Of a DNA stretch of 64,000 nt, positions 24,703-33,282 are shown one piece after another. Source of the stretch: a virus; the IMG/VR virus record IMGVR_UViG_3300027758_000008, positions 9,524 through 73,523 of that record, one strand, 5' to 3'. The position numbers and the translations under genes were made by a program. Positions within the stretch are counted from its first letter, which is position 1; each line of letters opens with the position of its first letter. The notes beneath the pieces were generated by a model, which did no database searches, was not told where the DNA came from, and saw nothing but the letters and a program-made list of their open reading frames with translations.

Positions 24703-26913
24703 CTATGGGTTGTCAGCACCAAGTACAGTGCCTGTGTTGATCCAAGTAATAGTATATCCGTTTCTCTCGATGGCCGCACCTGCCGCACCACCTGAGCCGC
24801 CACCAGTCTGACCAAGGTCGCCGCCTGCAAACCCTGTAGCGGTAAATATGCCGCCAGCGCCATCATCGGCAGTCGCTATACCTCCAGCGCCGCCAGTCGT
24901 GTTGTCGCCATTCTGTGCAGGGGTAATGTCGATGGCATTAACAGGCGGCGATACAAAGCTGCCTGTAGCGCCTAGGCCGTTAGTATATCCCGCACCGCCG
25001 CCACCAGCGCCAAATGCCGATACACCGCCACTCGATGCGCTTTGACCATTAGCGCCCCCGCCGCCCCCGCCAATAGTGCCTGAGTTGTCAATCTGCACAT
25101 TGGTTTCAAGGTATAAGGCTATACCGCCAGCTTCCGGCGTGCCGCCAAGGTTCGCGCCATTACCGCCTTTACCAACAATAAGCCCCCTGACATCAAGTAT
25201 TGGGTCATTATTGAAGTAGCTAAAATCACCCGTTGACACGGCGGGCTGTGTGTTATCACTGCTACCAGCGACGCAGAAGCCATCAAAAATAATCCTAACC
25301 TGTGTGTCTGCATCATAGCTTGACGGCGGGTATTGGTCGTCAAATACATCGCGAAGCGTCCGCGCAGTACCACCCGCATCTTTCAACTGGTCAATCTCAC
25401 TGGATAGTTGAACTACAAGCACGCCCTCGTCAACGCCTTCGTCCTGTGATAGCTCTTGGCCGTATGAGTGCTCAAGACAAGTGTAACTGAAATTATCCGA
25501 CTCCTGCGCCGACATAACCTCAACAGGTAAGTCAATACGGGCGTTTGTGTTATCCACAATCGTCCTAGTGTTAACGTAAGCATTACCAGCGGTCCATACG
25601 TCGGTGTCTTTCGAATCCAACTGGAACGATATTTCGATGGGTGCTTTCGAGTATCTGCGGCCCCATCGCGCGGCCAGCAGGATAGCAGCCGCTTTGTTAT
25701 CATTGTTAATCCAGCGACAGTTAATCGTTTTGATTTTCTGTGAGCCATAATTCGATACGCTATCAGGGTCGATGCGTACATATCCCTGTTGATAGTTGGT
25801 TATCTCGTCAAGGTCTTTGGCGTAGTCATATATGCCAAAATTCACAATGACAGTACTAACCCGCATATCAAGCTTATCCTGCCACGACACGGTATCAGCA
25901 AGCAGCTCACCCTCGTCTGTCCATGTAGGCACGGATGATGAGAAATCTTTAATCGCGACAAATGATATTTCTGCCAGCCGCTCATCCCAATACAGGCGAT
26001 GCGGCGCTTCCATGCCTAATTCTTTCAGTAGGGTTTTAATACCTACCGGCTCAGTTAGCAGCGTGTAGTAGTTGCCAGGAAGGTACGCGCTACGCTCTGC
26101 CGCCCACTTCGACGTTGGAATGTAGGAAGAATCAAGACCCGCACCGGTAACAAGTAGCAGGTATAAGATATTGTCAACAGTATCTTGAATCTCGACGCAT
26201 TCCTGCACGGTGTCATCTGCGCTATGCGCGTCGGCCACGGTGTTATATTGCGCTCTAACTACCGTCAGTGTGTCACTGCCACTGGTGCGCGTGTAGGTCA
26301 TTATCTCGTCATTAATGCGGATGATGCCACTAGTGCCGTGATTAGCATCGCCTGCGCCCGTAGGTGACAAGGTAATGCTGGTTGCAGCATCAGTAATATC
26401 AGCGCTTAGATAGCCGGTTGATTTTGGTGGATACTGCGCACGGTCATTGTCAGCGAATTTAAGCGGGTCGCGGCCTGTGATAGACACGCCTGAAGCGGTT
26501 TTCTTGAACGAGTCCAGCAGGTAATGGCGAGCCTGAAATGCGTTAGTGTCAAAAGTGAATTTATCGTCTAGGTATCCAGAGTATACCCGCATAGGAAAAC
26601 CCTGATAATACGGATATGTAGCCCTCCATAGAGGCCAAAAATCTACAGGGTTTCCAGGTGTTGAAAGCTCGGTCTCGTCATTGTGGTCGCGAATGTTTAC
26701 CGTTACTCGGCCACGGATGCCGATGCCGCCTTCTGGGTCAATCGATGTTGCACCGAACGACGGAGTACCCGCAACAAATGGCGCAGCATCAAGACCAGGA
26801 GGAACAGGCGAGCGGTCAAGGCAAAAGCGAAATGTCGTGCCGTCACAGTCAATCTCCACATAGTAAAATGGGCGCTTTACTGCTTCTTTTTTCGCGTTGT
26901 TATACAGAGCCAT
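24703..26913 (-). CDS. Tail tip / baseplate hub protein with Gly-rich C-terminus
   Basis: Position after TMP and distal-tail gene; Gly-rich tail; homolog at 62500..64000. Confidence 0.7.
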   Translation of the reverse strand: MALYNNAKKEAVKRPFYYVEIDCDGTTFRFCLDRSPVPPGLDAAPFVAGTPSFGATSIDPEGGIGIRGRVTVNIRDHNDETELSTPGNPVDFWPLWRATYPYYQGFPMRVYSGYLDDKFTFDTNAFQARHYLLDSFKKTASGVSITGRDPLKFADNDRAQYPPKSTGYLSADITDAATSITLSPTGAGDANHGTSGIIRINDEIMTYTRTSGSDTLTVVRAQYNTVADAHSADDTVQECVEIQDTVDNILYLLLVTGAGLDSSYIPTSKWAAERSAYLPGNYYTLLTEPVGIKTLLKELGMEAPHRLYWDERLAEISFVAIKDFSSSVPTWTDEGELLADTVSWQDKLDMRVSTVIVNFGIYDYAKDLDEITNYQQGYVRIDPDSVSNYGSQKIKTINCRWINNDNKAAAILLAARWGRRYSKAPIEISFQLDSKDTDVWTAGNAYVNTRTIVDNTNARIDLPVEVMSAQESDNFSYTCLEHSYGQELSQDEGVDEGVLVVQLSSEIDQLKDAGGTARTLRDVFDDQYPPSSYDADTQVRIIFDGFCVAGSSDNTQPAVSTGDFSYFNNDPILDVRGLIVGKGGNGANLGGTPEAGGIALYLETNVQIDNSGTIGGGGGGANGQSASSGGVSAFGAGGGGAGYTNGLGATGSFVSPPVNAIDITPAQNGDNTTGGAGGIATADDGAGGIFTATGFAGGDLGQTGGGSGGAAGAAIERNGYTITWINTGTVLGADNP

Positions 26914-28249
26914 GACCGGTCTGACTCCAGTTAATTGACATTAAGTTGCGGGTTCCGCTGAACTGTAACGATATGTCACCGCCAGTCATGCACAATCCGA
27001 CCTCGTTAGGGTATTCCAGCAAGTTCCACGCAATGAAATAAAGATATTCTTTCGAAACCTCTTTAAAGTCTAAGAAATAATTCTGTATCCAAGTTCTATC
27101 TACGTTATCCAGTGACACGCTATTGCTAAACCCCTTACGGATAATGCTGCGAGACGTGAACTCGCCGCCGTCAGTCATGTTGTTACGGTATACCGTATTG
27201 TCAGCCATGGTAATAGGCGTATGCCCGCTAAAGAATGGGCGCTGCAATTGCAGAGCGATGCCTGCTGAGATATAACCTATACCTACCGAACCTGTGCCGC
27301 TGCACACGATTTTTATCCTGCGAGCCGACACCGTGCCGCCAGTGTAGTGAAACATGAGCGGTGTGTTGTCAGTCGGGTTTTTACCTGTGGTTAATGGCGT
27401 GAATGAACCTGTCGTTCCAGCTGACCACTCAGCGCCAACAGAAAACAGTGACGTTCCCAGTGTATGAGCGCCTACGCATATTGTGTCAATATCAACGTTA
27501 GCGGGTAATGTAATGGTAATCTCTGCGCCGCCTGTGAATGTCCATTTTTTGTATGTGTTTGGCACTAACGCATAAGCACCATTGGTGCCGGTTGTCACTG
27601 ACACGCTATCGTAATTTAGCAGCAGGTTGTCATACAATATCCGCGCATGGTTAAGCGGGAAAGGTGGCGTTGTGGCTGTGCCGCTCGTAGCTGTTATCGC
27701 TGTCGGAGAAGTTATTGCCGCTGCTGACTGTGGCGTTTTTGCTGTCGGGGCAGAAATGGATGCGCCTGAAACAGATGACAAAGCAGAAGGCGACGAAATG
27801 CCCGCTAGTGCCTCGGCGCTCCACGCCACAGGGGATGATATAGAGGCGGCAGAAGCTGCGCTATAAGATGTTGGCGATGTAATACCAGCAGCCGATACAG
27901 ACGAATAGTAAGCAGGACCGCTAATGGACGCAGTAGAGACTGGAGAATGAGCGCTTGGTAGTCCAATCGACGCATCAGCAATTCCGCTAAATAGCAATGG
28001 TGCAGATATAGACGCAATTGACACAGCAGTGCTTGCCGACGGCGCAGTTACGGATGATTCGCTGACAGCCGAATATGACACAGGCGTAGATATGCTACCG
28101 GCAGACACAGCGGATAGCGCATCAGGGTCGGTTATGCTCGCCCCGCTAACAGCAGTTACAGCAAAGGGTGAGTCAATAGGCCAAGCCGGTGACGGCGTTA
28201 GCGCTCCCTTGTTTGATGTAACGCTAAAGTCTGTAGGTAGCGCAGTCAT
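26900..28249 (-). CDS. Minor tail protein with an N-terminal 14-aa Ser/Ala/Pro repeat region
   Basis: About 12 repeats such as ASISAPLLFSGIAD, then a globular domain starting ARILYDN. Confidence 0.65.
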   Translation of the reverse strand: MTALPTDFSVTSNKGALTPSPAWPIDSPFAVTAVSGASITDPDALSAVSAGSISTPVSYSAVSESSVTAPSASTAVSIASISAPLLFSGIADASIGLPSAHSPVSTASISGPAYYSSVSAAGITSPTSYSAASAASISSPVAWSAEALAGISSPSALSSVSGASISAPTAKTPQSAAAITSPTAITATSGTATTPPFPLNHARILYDNLLLNYDSVSVTTGTNGAYALVPNTYKKWTFTGGAEITITLPANVDIDTICVGAHTLGTSLFSVGAEWSAGTTGSFTPLTTGKNPTDNTPLMFHYTGGTVSARRIKIVCSGTGSVGIGYISAGIALQLQRPFFSGHTPITMADNTVYRNNMTDGGEFTSRSIIRKGFSNSVSLDNVDRTWIQNYFLDFKEVSKEYLYFIAWNLLEYPNEVGLCMTGGDISLQFSGTRNLMSINWSQTGHGSV

Positions 28250-28258
28250 TACGGCTCC

Positions 28259-28381
28259 TTATGGCGCGTCGATTGGTGCTGGCGTTACTGGTGTTGCGGC
28301 GCTAGGCGGTGATACTGTGCCTTCACTAACCGGAGTGTTTGCGCTAGGCGCTGGAATTGTTGCCTCGTTTTCAGGTGTCAT
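28259..28381 (-). CDS. 40-aa Pro/Ala/Thr-rich peptide
   Basis: MTPENEATIPAPSANTPVSEGTVSPPSAATPVTPAPIDAP fills the gap after the TMP gene. Confidence 0.5.
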   Translation of the reverse strand: MTPENEATIPAPSANTPVSEGTVSPPSAATPVTPAPIDAP

Positions 28382-28382
28382 G

Positions 28383-30506
28383 TTAACCCCCTATAAAGTT
28401 AAAGTCATACCCATCACCCGCAAGGGCTTTGAGCAGGTCATACACTTGCTGCCCTGATACCATATCAGAAGGGTTTAAGCCGCGAATATCAAATGTGCGG
28501 TTTGGTGCTTGAGCGCCAGCAGATGTCGTAGTCGTATTTGTTGCAACCTGTCCGCCTGAGTATGATTGCCCAGTGCCTGCGCTTCCGTAACTGGTGGACA
28601 TAATACCCTTAACCTGAGCGAAACTTGCAACAGACTGTGCAGCAGCAAGCGGTATATTCCATGGGTATGGTGTTGCGGCCATGGTTTTAGACACGGCGGC
28701 ATAGCCATCAACAACGGCTTGAGATACAGCAGCAGCCTTGCCAATCTCAAACATCTTACGGCTTTCGGTGTTCATCAGGCTTGATAGGTTGCCGAACATG
28801 CTAGAAAGCATAGATAGTTTTGCTTGCTTTTCCTGTTCAGCCAGTAGTAACCTTGCCCTTTTACCTTTCTCCTCGAGGCTTGTTTTCTGTCCCTCGAAAT
28901 TATTTATCGCGTTAAGCTCTGCAAGTCTAAGGTTATCAAGAAGTGCCGCTTTTTCCTCGCCACTCAATACTTCAGACTCTTTTATCCTTGCTGCCTCATC
29001 TTGAATTTGCAAAACTCTCGCATCCGCTTGAGTTTTTAGTGAGGCGATCCTTTTTGCCTCAGAGTTTCGTTGAGCTTCTTCAAGCTCAGTCATTGCGCCA
29101 GTTTCAACGGCTACCCTGTTGCGCGTGGCGGCGTTAAGTAGCTCTGACTCTACAGCTACGCTTGATGTTAATATCTGAACTCTGCGTCTTGCGGACTCTC
29201 TAGCAGCATCTATTCTATCTTGCTGTTCGTCTGTAACTCCGCCCGTCTTTCCTTGAGCCGTATCAAGCTCAGCGCGAAGCTGCACAAGCTCCCTGCGCAA
29301 TTCGGCTACAGATGCTTGGTACTCTTTGTTTTTGACTGCGCGACGGCCTGTTTGATTTGAGCCTACCGATGTCGCTCTTGCAAGCGCCTCTTCGGTGGCT
29401 ATTTGCGCCTCCTTCTCTGCAATTAGCTCTTTTATCTTAGCTATGCTTTTATCTTTCTCCCTTCCTTCTTCTGCCTCTACTTGCGCCAAAAATTCAAGTT
29501 GATTGGATGTAAGCTTTGCGTTTTCTTGAAGCTCTTTAAGCTTGTCAACTAAGTCTTTTGTTGAGTCAGACGAGTCCATCATGCTAGGCACAAAAGCCAT
29601 AGCTAAAGACGCACCGATACCCACAATCGCACCCACCAATGGGGCGCCCAACACGATACCCAAGTCAGCGGCTTGTTGTGAGAATGCGAGAAGCGGTGAA
29701 GTGCCTGCCTGAACTTGTCCGACGAATTGCTGTATTTGAATGCCGGCTTGGCCTGAGTTTTTGCTTAACTTAACAAATCTGCCAGACATAACATCGGCGC
29801 TATCAGACATCCTTGCCATTGCTGTATTTACAGCGGTAACATTCGCTCTCGCCGAATTGGCTTGTTCAGCGTAGCGCTTTAATGCCGCTGTCGCCTCCAC
29901 AAGCTCATTGCCATTCTTATCAATGACGCGGTTGTTGTCATCAACAGTATTTCCTAGGCTTATTTGTCTTGATATAGCATTAGCTAGAGTGCTATTTGCT
30001 TGCGATAGCTTGTCGTTTAACTGGTCAGCGCCCTCTCCTAAAAGTGAGTAGCCGCCAGCCGCCTCGCTTAGTGAGTCGGCTAGATTTGTTGCGACCGTGG
30101 TTTGCGTAGCAATGACAGTAGATGCCTTCTGAGACCTTCCGGTCAAAGAGTCCATCATTGCAGCCATTTTTTCAGATCTATCTGAGGCGTTATTAAAAGC
30201 AAGCTTTAATGATGCCAGCTCATTGGTAAGGCCTTTTGCCTTAACTCCGTAAGCGGTTAAAACGTTCCCGTTTTCATCAATTGACCTGCCAGCCAAAACC
30301 TGTTCGGCAGCAAACTCAGCCAAAGCATAACTTGCAGCATTGTATGACTCGCGTATTTTGTAAAAAGCAAGCGAGCTTTGTTTTGCAGATTTGTCTATCT
30401 GTTCAAACGAACGGCTGGCTGATTCATTTGCCTGCTTGACTCTTTGAGCGGCTGATACGGCACCGGTATCGTCAACCTTTACATCAAAAGCGATATCGTT
30501 AGCCAT
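28383..30506 (-). CDS. Tail tape measure protein
   Basis: 707 aa, helical and Ala-rich; QIQQFVGQVQAG...FSQQAADL motif; follows the chaperones. Confidence 0.85.
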   Translation of the reverse strand: MANDIAFDVKVDDTGAVSAAQRVKQANESASRSFEQIDKSAKQSSLAFYKIRESYNAASYALAEFAAEQVLAGRSIDENGNVLTAYGVKAKGLTNELASLKLAFNNASDRSEKMAAMMDSLTGRSQKASTVIATQTTVATNLADSLSEAAGGYSLLGEGADQLNDKLSQANSTLANAISRQISLGNTVDDNNRVIDKNGNELVEATAALKRYAEQANSARANVTAVNTAMARMSDSADVMSGRFVKLSKNSGQAGIQIQQFVGQVQAGTSPLLAFSQQAADLGIVLGAPLVGAIVGIGASLAMAFVPSMMDSSDSTKDLVDKLKELQENAKLTSNQLEFLAQVEAEEGREKDKSIAKIKELIAEKEAQIATEEALARATSVGSNQTGRRAVKNKEYQASVAELRRELVQLRAELDTAQGKTGGVTDEQQDRIDAARESARRRVQILTSSVAVESELLNAATRNRVAVETGAMTELEEAQRNSEAKRIASLKTQADARVLQIQDEAARIKESEVLSGEEKAALLDNLRLAELNAINNFEGQKTSLEEKGKRARLLLAEQEKQAKLSMLSSMFGNLSSLMNTESRKMFEIGKAAAVSQAVVDGYAAVSKTMAATPYPWNIPLAAAQSVASFAQVKGIMSTSYGSAGTGQSYSGGQVATNTTTTSAGAQAPNRTFDIRGLNPSDMVSGQQVYDLLKALAGDGYDFNFIGG

Positions 30507-30729
30507 TATCTAAACCCTTTTCAAACTTTTCTAACTGTTCAGCCATTCTGCCGAGCTGTTTTTTCTCGAACATACCGGCCATTTCTGGCGGCCTATTCAT
30601 GGCAATGTAAGTAAAAATATCTTTAGGCGAACACTGCCAGTACTCGTTAGGTTTCATGCCGTAGGCGACGCACTCACGCAGCAGATTAGGCCATAAGTCG
30701 CTAAGGTCTACTGCGCTTGTGTCTTTCCC
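30499..30729 (-). CDS. gpT-like extension of the tail assembly chaperone via -1 frameshift
   Basis: Slippery G-GGA-AAG at 30723..30729 (as in lambda G/T); the -1 frame is open to TAA at 30499 and contains GMKPNEYWQCSPKD. Confidence 0.8.
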   Translation of the reverse strand, partial: GKDTSAVDLSDLWPNLLRECVAYGMKPNEYWQCSPKDIFTYIAMNRPPEMAGMFEKKQLGRMAEQLEKFEKGLDNG

Positions 30730-31049
30730 TCGTCTGACTGCTCACCTTCCCATGTTGGACAAAGTGCTGTCAGAATGTCGCTGAATGCGCTTGTCACCTT
30801 GGCTGTATTATCCAGGCTGTTGAGCGTATCCCAAATATCCATAGGGTCAACATCAACACCGCCTCTAGATAAGATGAGACTAATCAGCTTTGAGCCTTTG
30901 GCATAATCAGGAATTTCACCCTTGAAGATATCGCGAGCCAATAAGAAGGGGCTGCCCATTTCGTCGGTGATGTCCTGTGCTAAATCAATAGTCACAGGAA
31001 CCTCGACTTTATTTTCACCCCAAGTCAGCTTGATTTTGCGATAGCTCAT
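30708..31049 (-). CDS. Tail assembly chaperone (gpG-like)
   Basis: Between tail tube and TMP; slippery site at its 3' end. Confidence 0.8.
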   Translation of the reverse strand: MSYRKIKLTWGENKVEVPVTIDLAQDITDEMGSPFLLARDIFKGEIPDYAKGSKLISLILSRGGVDVDPMDIWDTLNSLDNTAKVTSAFSDILTALCPTWEGEQSDEGKTQAQ

Positions 31050-31050
31050 A

Positions 31051-31467
31051 TTAAGCCACCGGATCGGTAAATGTGGCCGCGCCAGTAGATGACATTGAAA
31101 GACTAAACTGCATCAATTCACCAACTGAGCCTGAATCCTCAAAGCTATCTAAGAAGAAATCGCCACTAATCACTGAGCCGCTTGTGCCTGCGTCATCGGC
31201 AGTACAAGTAAGCACTACAGCGTAAGCCTGTGAGCCTGTTTGCATGGCAGATTTCAACAGTGAGTTGTTGCGTGTTACACCGCTACCGGTGAAAGAAATT
31301 GATTTCTGAGTTGGCGTTGCATGGGCGTCTGCCCATTCACCGGAAGTGTCGCCGGAAGTGTCGCCGCGTGAATTTGAGATTGAAAGCGATTGCTCCACTA
31401 AAACAACGGCAGTACCGCCAATTGTTCCGGTCCACTCGCGTTTGTGAATACCTGCACCTACTGACAT
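31051..31467 (-). CDS. Major tail tube protein
   Basis: 138 aa beta-rich; KSISFTGSG, SGDFFLDSFE, FSLSMSSTG; position. Confidence 0.75.
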   Translation of the reverse strand: MSVGAGIHKREWTGTIGGTAVVLVEQSLSISNSRGDTSGDTSGEWADAHATPTQKSISFTGSGVTRNNSLLKSAMQTGSQAYAVVLTCTADDAGTSGSVISGDFFLDSFEDSGSVGELMQFSLSMSSTGAATFTDPVA

Positions 31468-31496
31468 GGTTTAATCCTCATGGTTGATTTATAGTC

Positions 31497-31540
31497 ATTC
31501 TAACTGGTCAAACCACTAGACGCAATATTTATGGTATTGT
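31497..31540. promoter_or_regulatory. Dual element: minus-strand TTGCGT-17-TAGAAT with the box (31505..31515) in the spacer; plus-strand box-19-TATTGT
   Basis: Both geometries read directly from the sequence. Confidence 0.65.
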
Positions 31541-31549
31541 GGGGCCGGG

Positions 31550-31948
31550 TCAACACTCAACATTCACAGAAAACCTAACCATCCAACGGCCTGAGCCTGT
31601 GCGCATGGGTCGGCCAACTGATTCGGCGGTGTTGACTACTTTCATGGTGCCGCTATCATACGACAGGTTGTTAAATAGGTACGTTTGGCAACTTGTCGCA
31701 TCGTTTACCAAGGTCAGCCAGTCATCGGGTAATTCTGACACATCACTAAATAGTGTTACTTGAATCAGGTATCGAGCGGTATCGGTGTTTGATTCTCTGC
31801 CGGTAGCGTTAACCAGACAGATTGACACGCTATCATTAGTAAACGGCAGTGCTGAGTCATCCCAGAAAACAGCATGGTGATAGCCAGTGAGCACATTGTC
31901 GATTAGTGTAGTACGAATAACTTCCGCTGGTAACGTGCTTGCGCTCAT
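31550..31948 (-). CDS. Putative tail terminator
   Basis: Size and position before the tail tube. Confidence 0.55.
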   Translation of the reverse strand: MSASTLPAEVIRTTLIDNVLTGYHHAVFWDDSALPFTNDSVSICLVNATGRESNTDTARYLIQVTLFSDVSELPDDWLTLVNDATSCQTYLFNNLSYDSGTMKVVNTAESVGRPMRTGSGRWMVRFSVNVEC

Positions 31949-32355
31949 TTGCTCATTTCCTCTCTAAATACTTCGCTTAGGTTTATGCTCTGCAATCCAT
32001 GTTCAATCCAGCGTGATTTTGCGTTAGGGTTTGTTAGTGCTCCACGCTTACCGGATGCGTCAGGGCCACGCGGAGACCAGTTGTCATTGTAGTACAACCA
32101 ACCGGCATAGGCTGTCGTATGGTCGCCGCCATAGCTTAATGTGACAGACCATGTGCCACCCTCTCGAACAGGCGTGGTCACTTCCTTCGACTGTAGCAAG
32201 TCGCCCGTATCCATCGGCACAAAGTAATCAGAAGCCGTGCCAAGTCGCCATGCGGTCATGTAACAGGCATCTTTTGCCTTAACCTGTAGATCTTTGGTCC
32301 ATGCGTCCAGCTTGTTGTTTGCGTCCGTGTATGACTTTCCTGGTTTAAATGGCAT
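31945..32355 (-). CDS. Putative neck / tail-completion protein (HK97 gp10-like)
   Basis: VPMDTGDLLQS and YA motifs. Confidence 0.65.
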   Translation of the reverse strand: MPFKPGKSYTDANNKLDAWTKDLQVKAKDACYMTAWRLGTASDYFVPMDTGDLLQSKEVTTPVREGGTWSVTLSYGGDHTTAYAGWLYYNDNWSPRGPDASGKRGALTNPNAKSRWIEHGLQSINLSEVFREEMSK

Positions 32356-32696
32356 TAGCCGGTCAACAACACATAATCTTTACCGCCAACTAAAGGCGAG
32401 GCGGTTTCCACCTTGACGATTTTCTCAGCGCCTGACACTGGCGTTAAATCGGCATGTTCGCCCACCGCAATCATATCACCCTTCTGCGCGCTGGCGTATT
32501 TTGTCACATAGGTTGTATTGGGCTGGAATTCTTCCTGCTCGTCATCACGGCGAATAGCGCCACCATTCTTGAACCTAGCGTCAAACGTAACAGGCGCATC
32601 CCAGCCGCCACCGTATGGTGACGATGATGTATCAACAGTGGACTTGCGCCATATAGTCACAGTCTCTTGTGGGAATTGGCCGATAATGGTGCTCAT
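32355..32696 (-). CDS. Putative head closure protein
   Basis: Size, position, beta-rich. Confidence 0.55.
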   Translation of the reverse strand: MSTIIGQFPQETVTIWRKSTVDTSSSPYGGGWDAPVTFDARFKNGGAIRRDDEQEEFQPNTTYVTKYASAQKGDMIAVGEHADLTPVSGAEKIVKVETASPLVGGKDYVLLTG

Positions 32697-33052
32697 CCGC
32701 GCTGCACCTGTAAAGGATACGTGCCACCCTGACCAATAGCGGTCAGCACACAGGCTCCCGCGTCCATACCTTGAAGCAAATCAAGATATTGATTGCCGGA
32801 GCCTTTGCTTGTGTCGAATGATACCGAATCGCCGGTAAAGCTAGACTGGCTTGAAAGCTGCCCGCCTGACTGCTGCACAATCATCGCCGCAACGCCGTAC
32901 ATCTTAGCCAATTTAGCCTGAGCGTCACTGTAGCCGCCTGTGGTAATACATGCGTCTGCTTCGTCAACCACATCAATAATCATTTGAATTGATGCGTCTG
33001 ACAGGCTGTTAGGTACAAAATCCCGCACCTCTGAAACTGTTATCGTAGCCAT
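32693..33052 (-). CDS. Putative head-tail adaptor
   Basis: ITVSEVR start and SQSSFTGDSVSF motif; position. Confidence 0.6.
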   Translation of the reverse strand: MATITVSEVRDFVPNSLSDASIQMIIDVVDEADACITTGGYSDAQAKLAKMYGVAAMIVQQSGGQLSSQSSFTGDSVSFDTSKGSGNQYLDLLQGMDAGACVLTAIGQGGTYPLQVQRG

Positions 33053-33282
33053 TGTATTTTCACTCTACCGTTACGCACGTAGCGTATTGTTGTTATGCCC
33101 TGGTCACGCAGATATTTGCGCAACGCTTTAGCCTACTCCAGTGTAACCTGTTTATCCAGCCCGTGAATAGTCACCTCATTCATGGGCCAGAAATACGAAA
33201 GCACCGTAAAACATTCGTATGTCATTTCGTCCGGCGTACTGCCTATCTCACCGAACCGGTATGGTTCGATAAGGGACTGCAT
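33040..33282 (-). pseudogene. 80-codon gene interrupted by an in-frame TAG at 33133..33135
   Basis: MQSLIEPYRFG...HGLDKQVTLE*AKALRKYLRDQGITTIRYVRNGRVKIQWLR; the frame spans the gap between its neighbours. Confidence 0.55.

Noticed and set aside
25385-25401. AACTGGTCAA half-box in the tail-hub gene (also ~63182, ~30019, ~37221)
   Set aside because: Lacks the ACCA half and promoter geometry; explained by Asp-Gln-Leu codons on the coding strand.
31340-31365. 12-bp tandem duplication in the tail tube gene (GDTSGDTSG)
   Set aside because: Real, but a single in-frame duplication with no further support.
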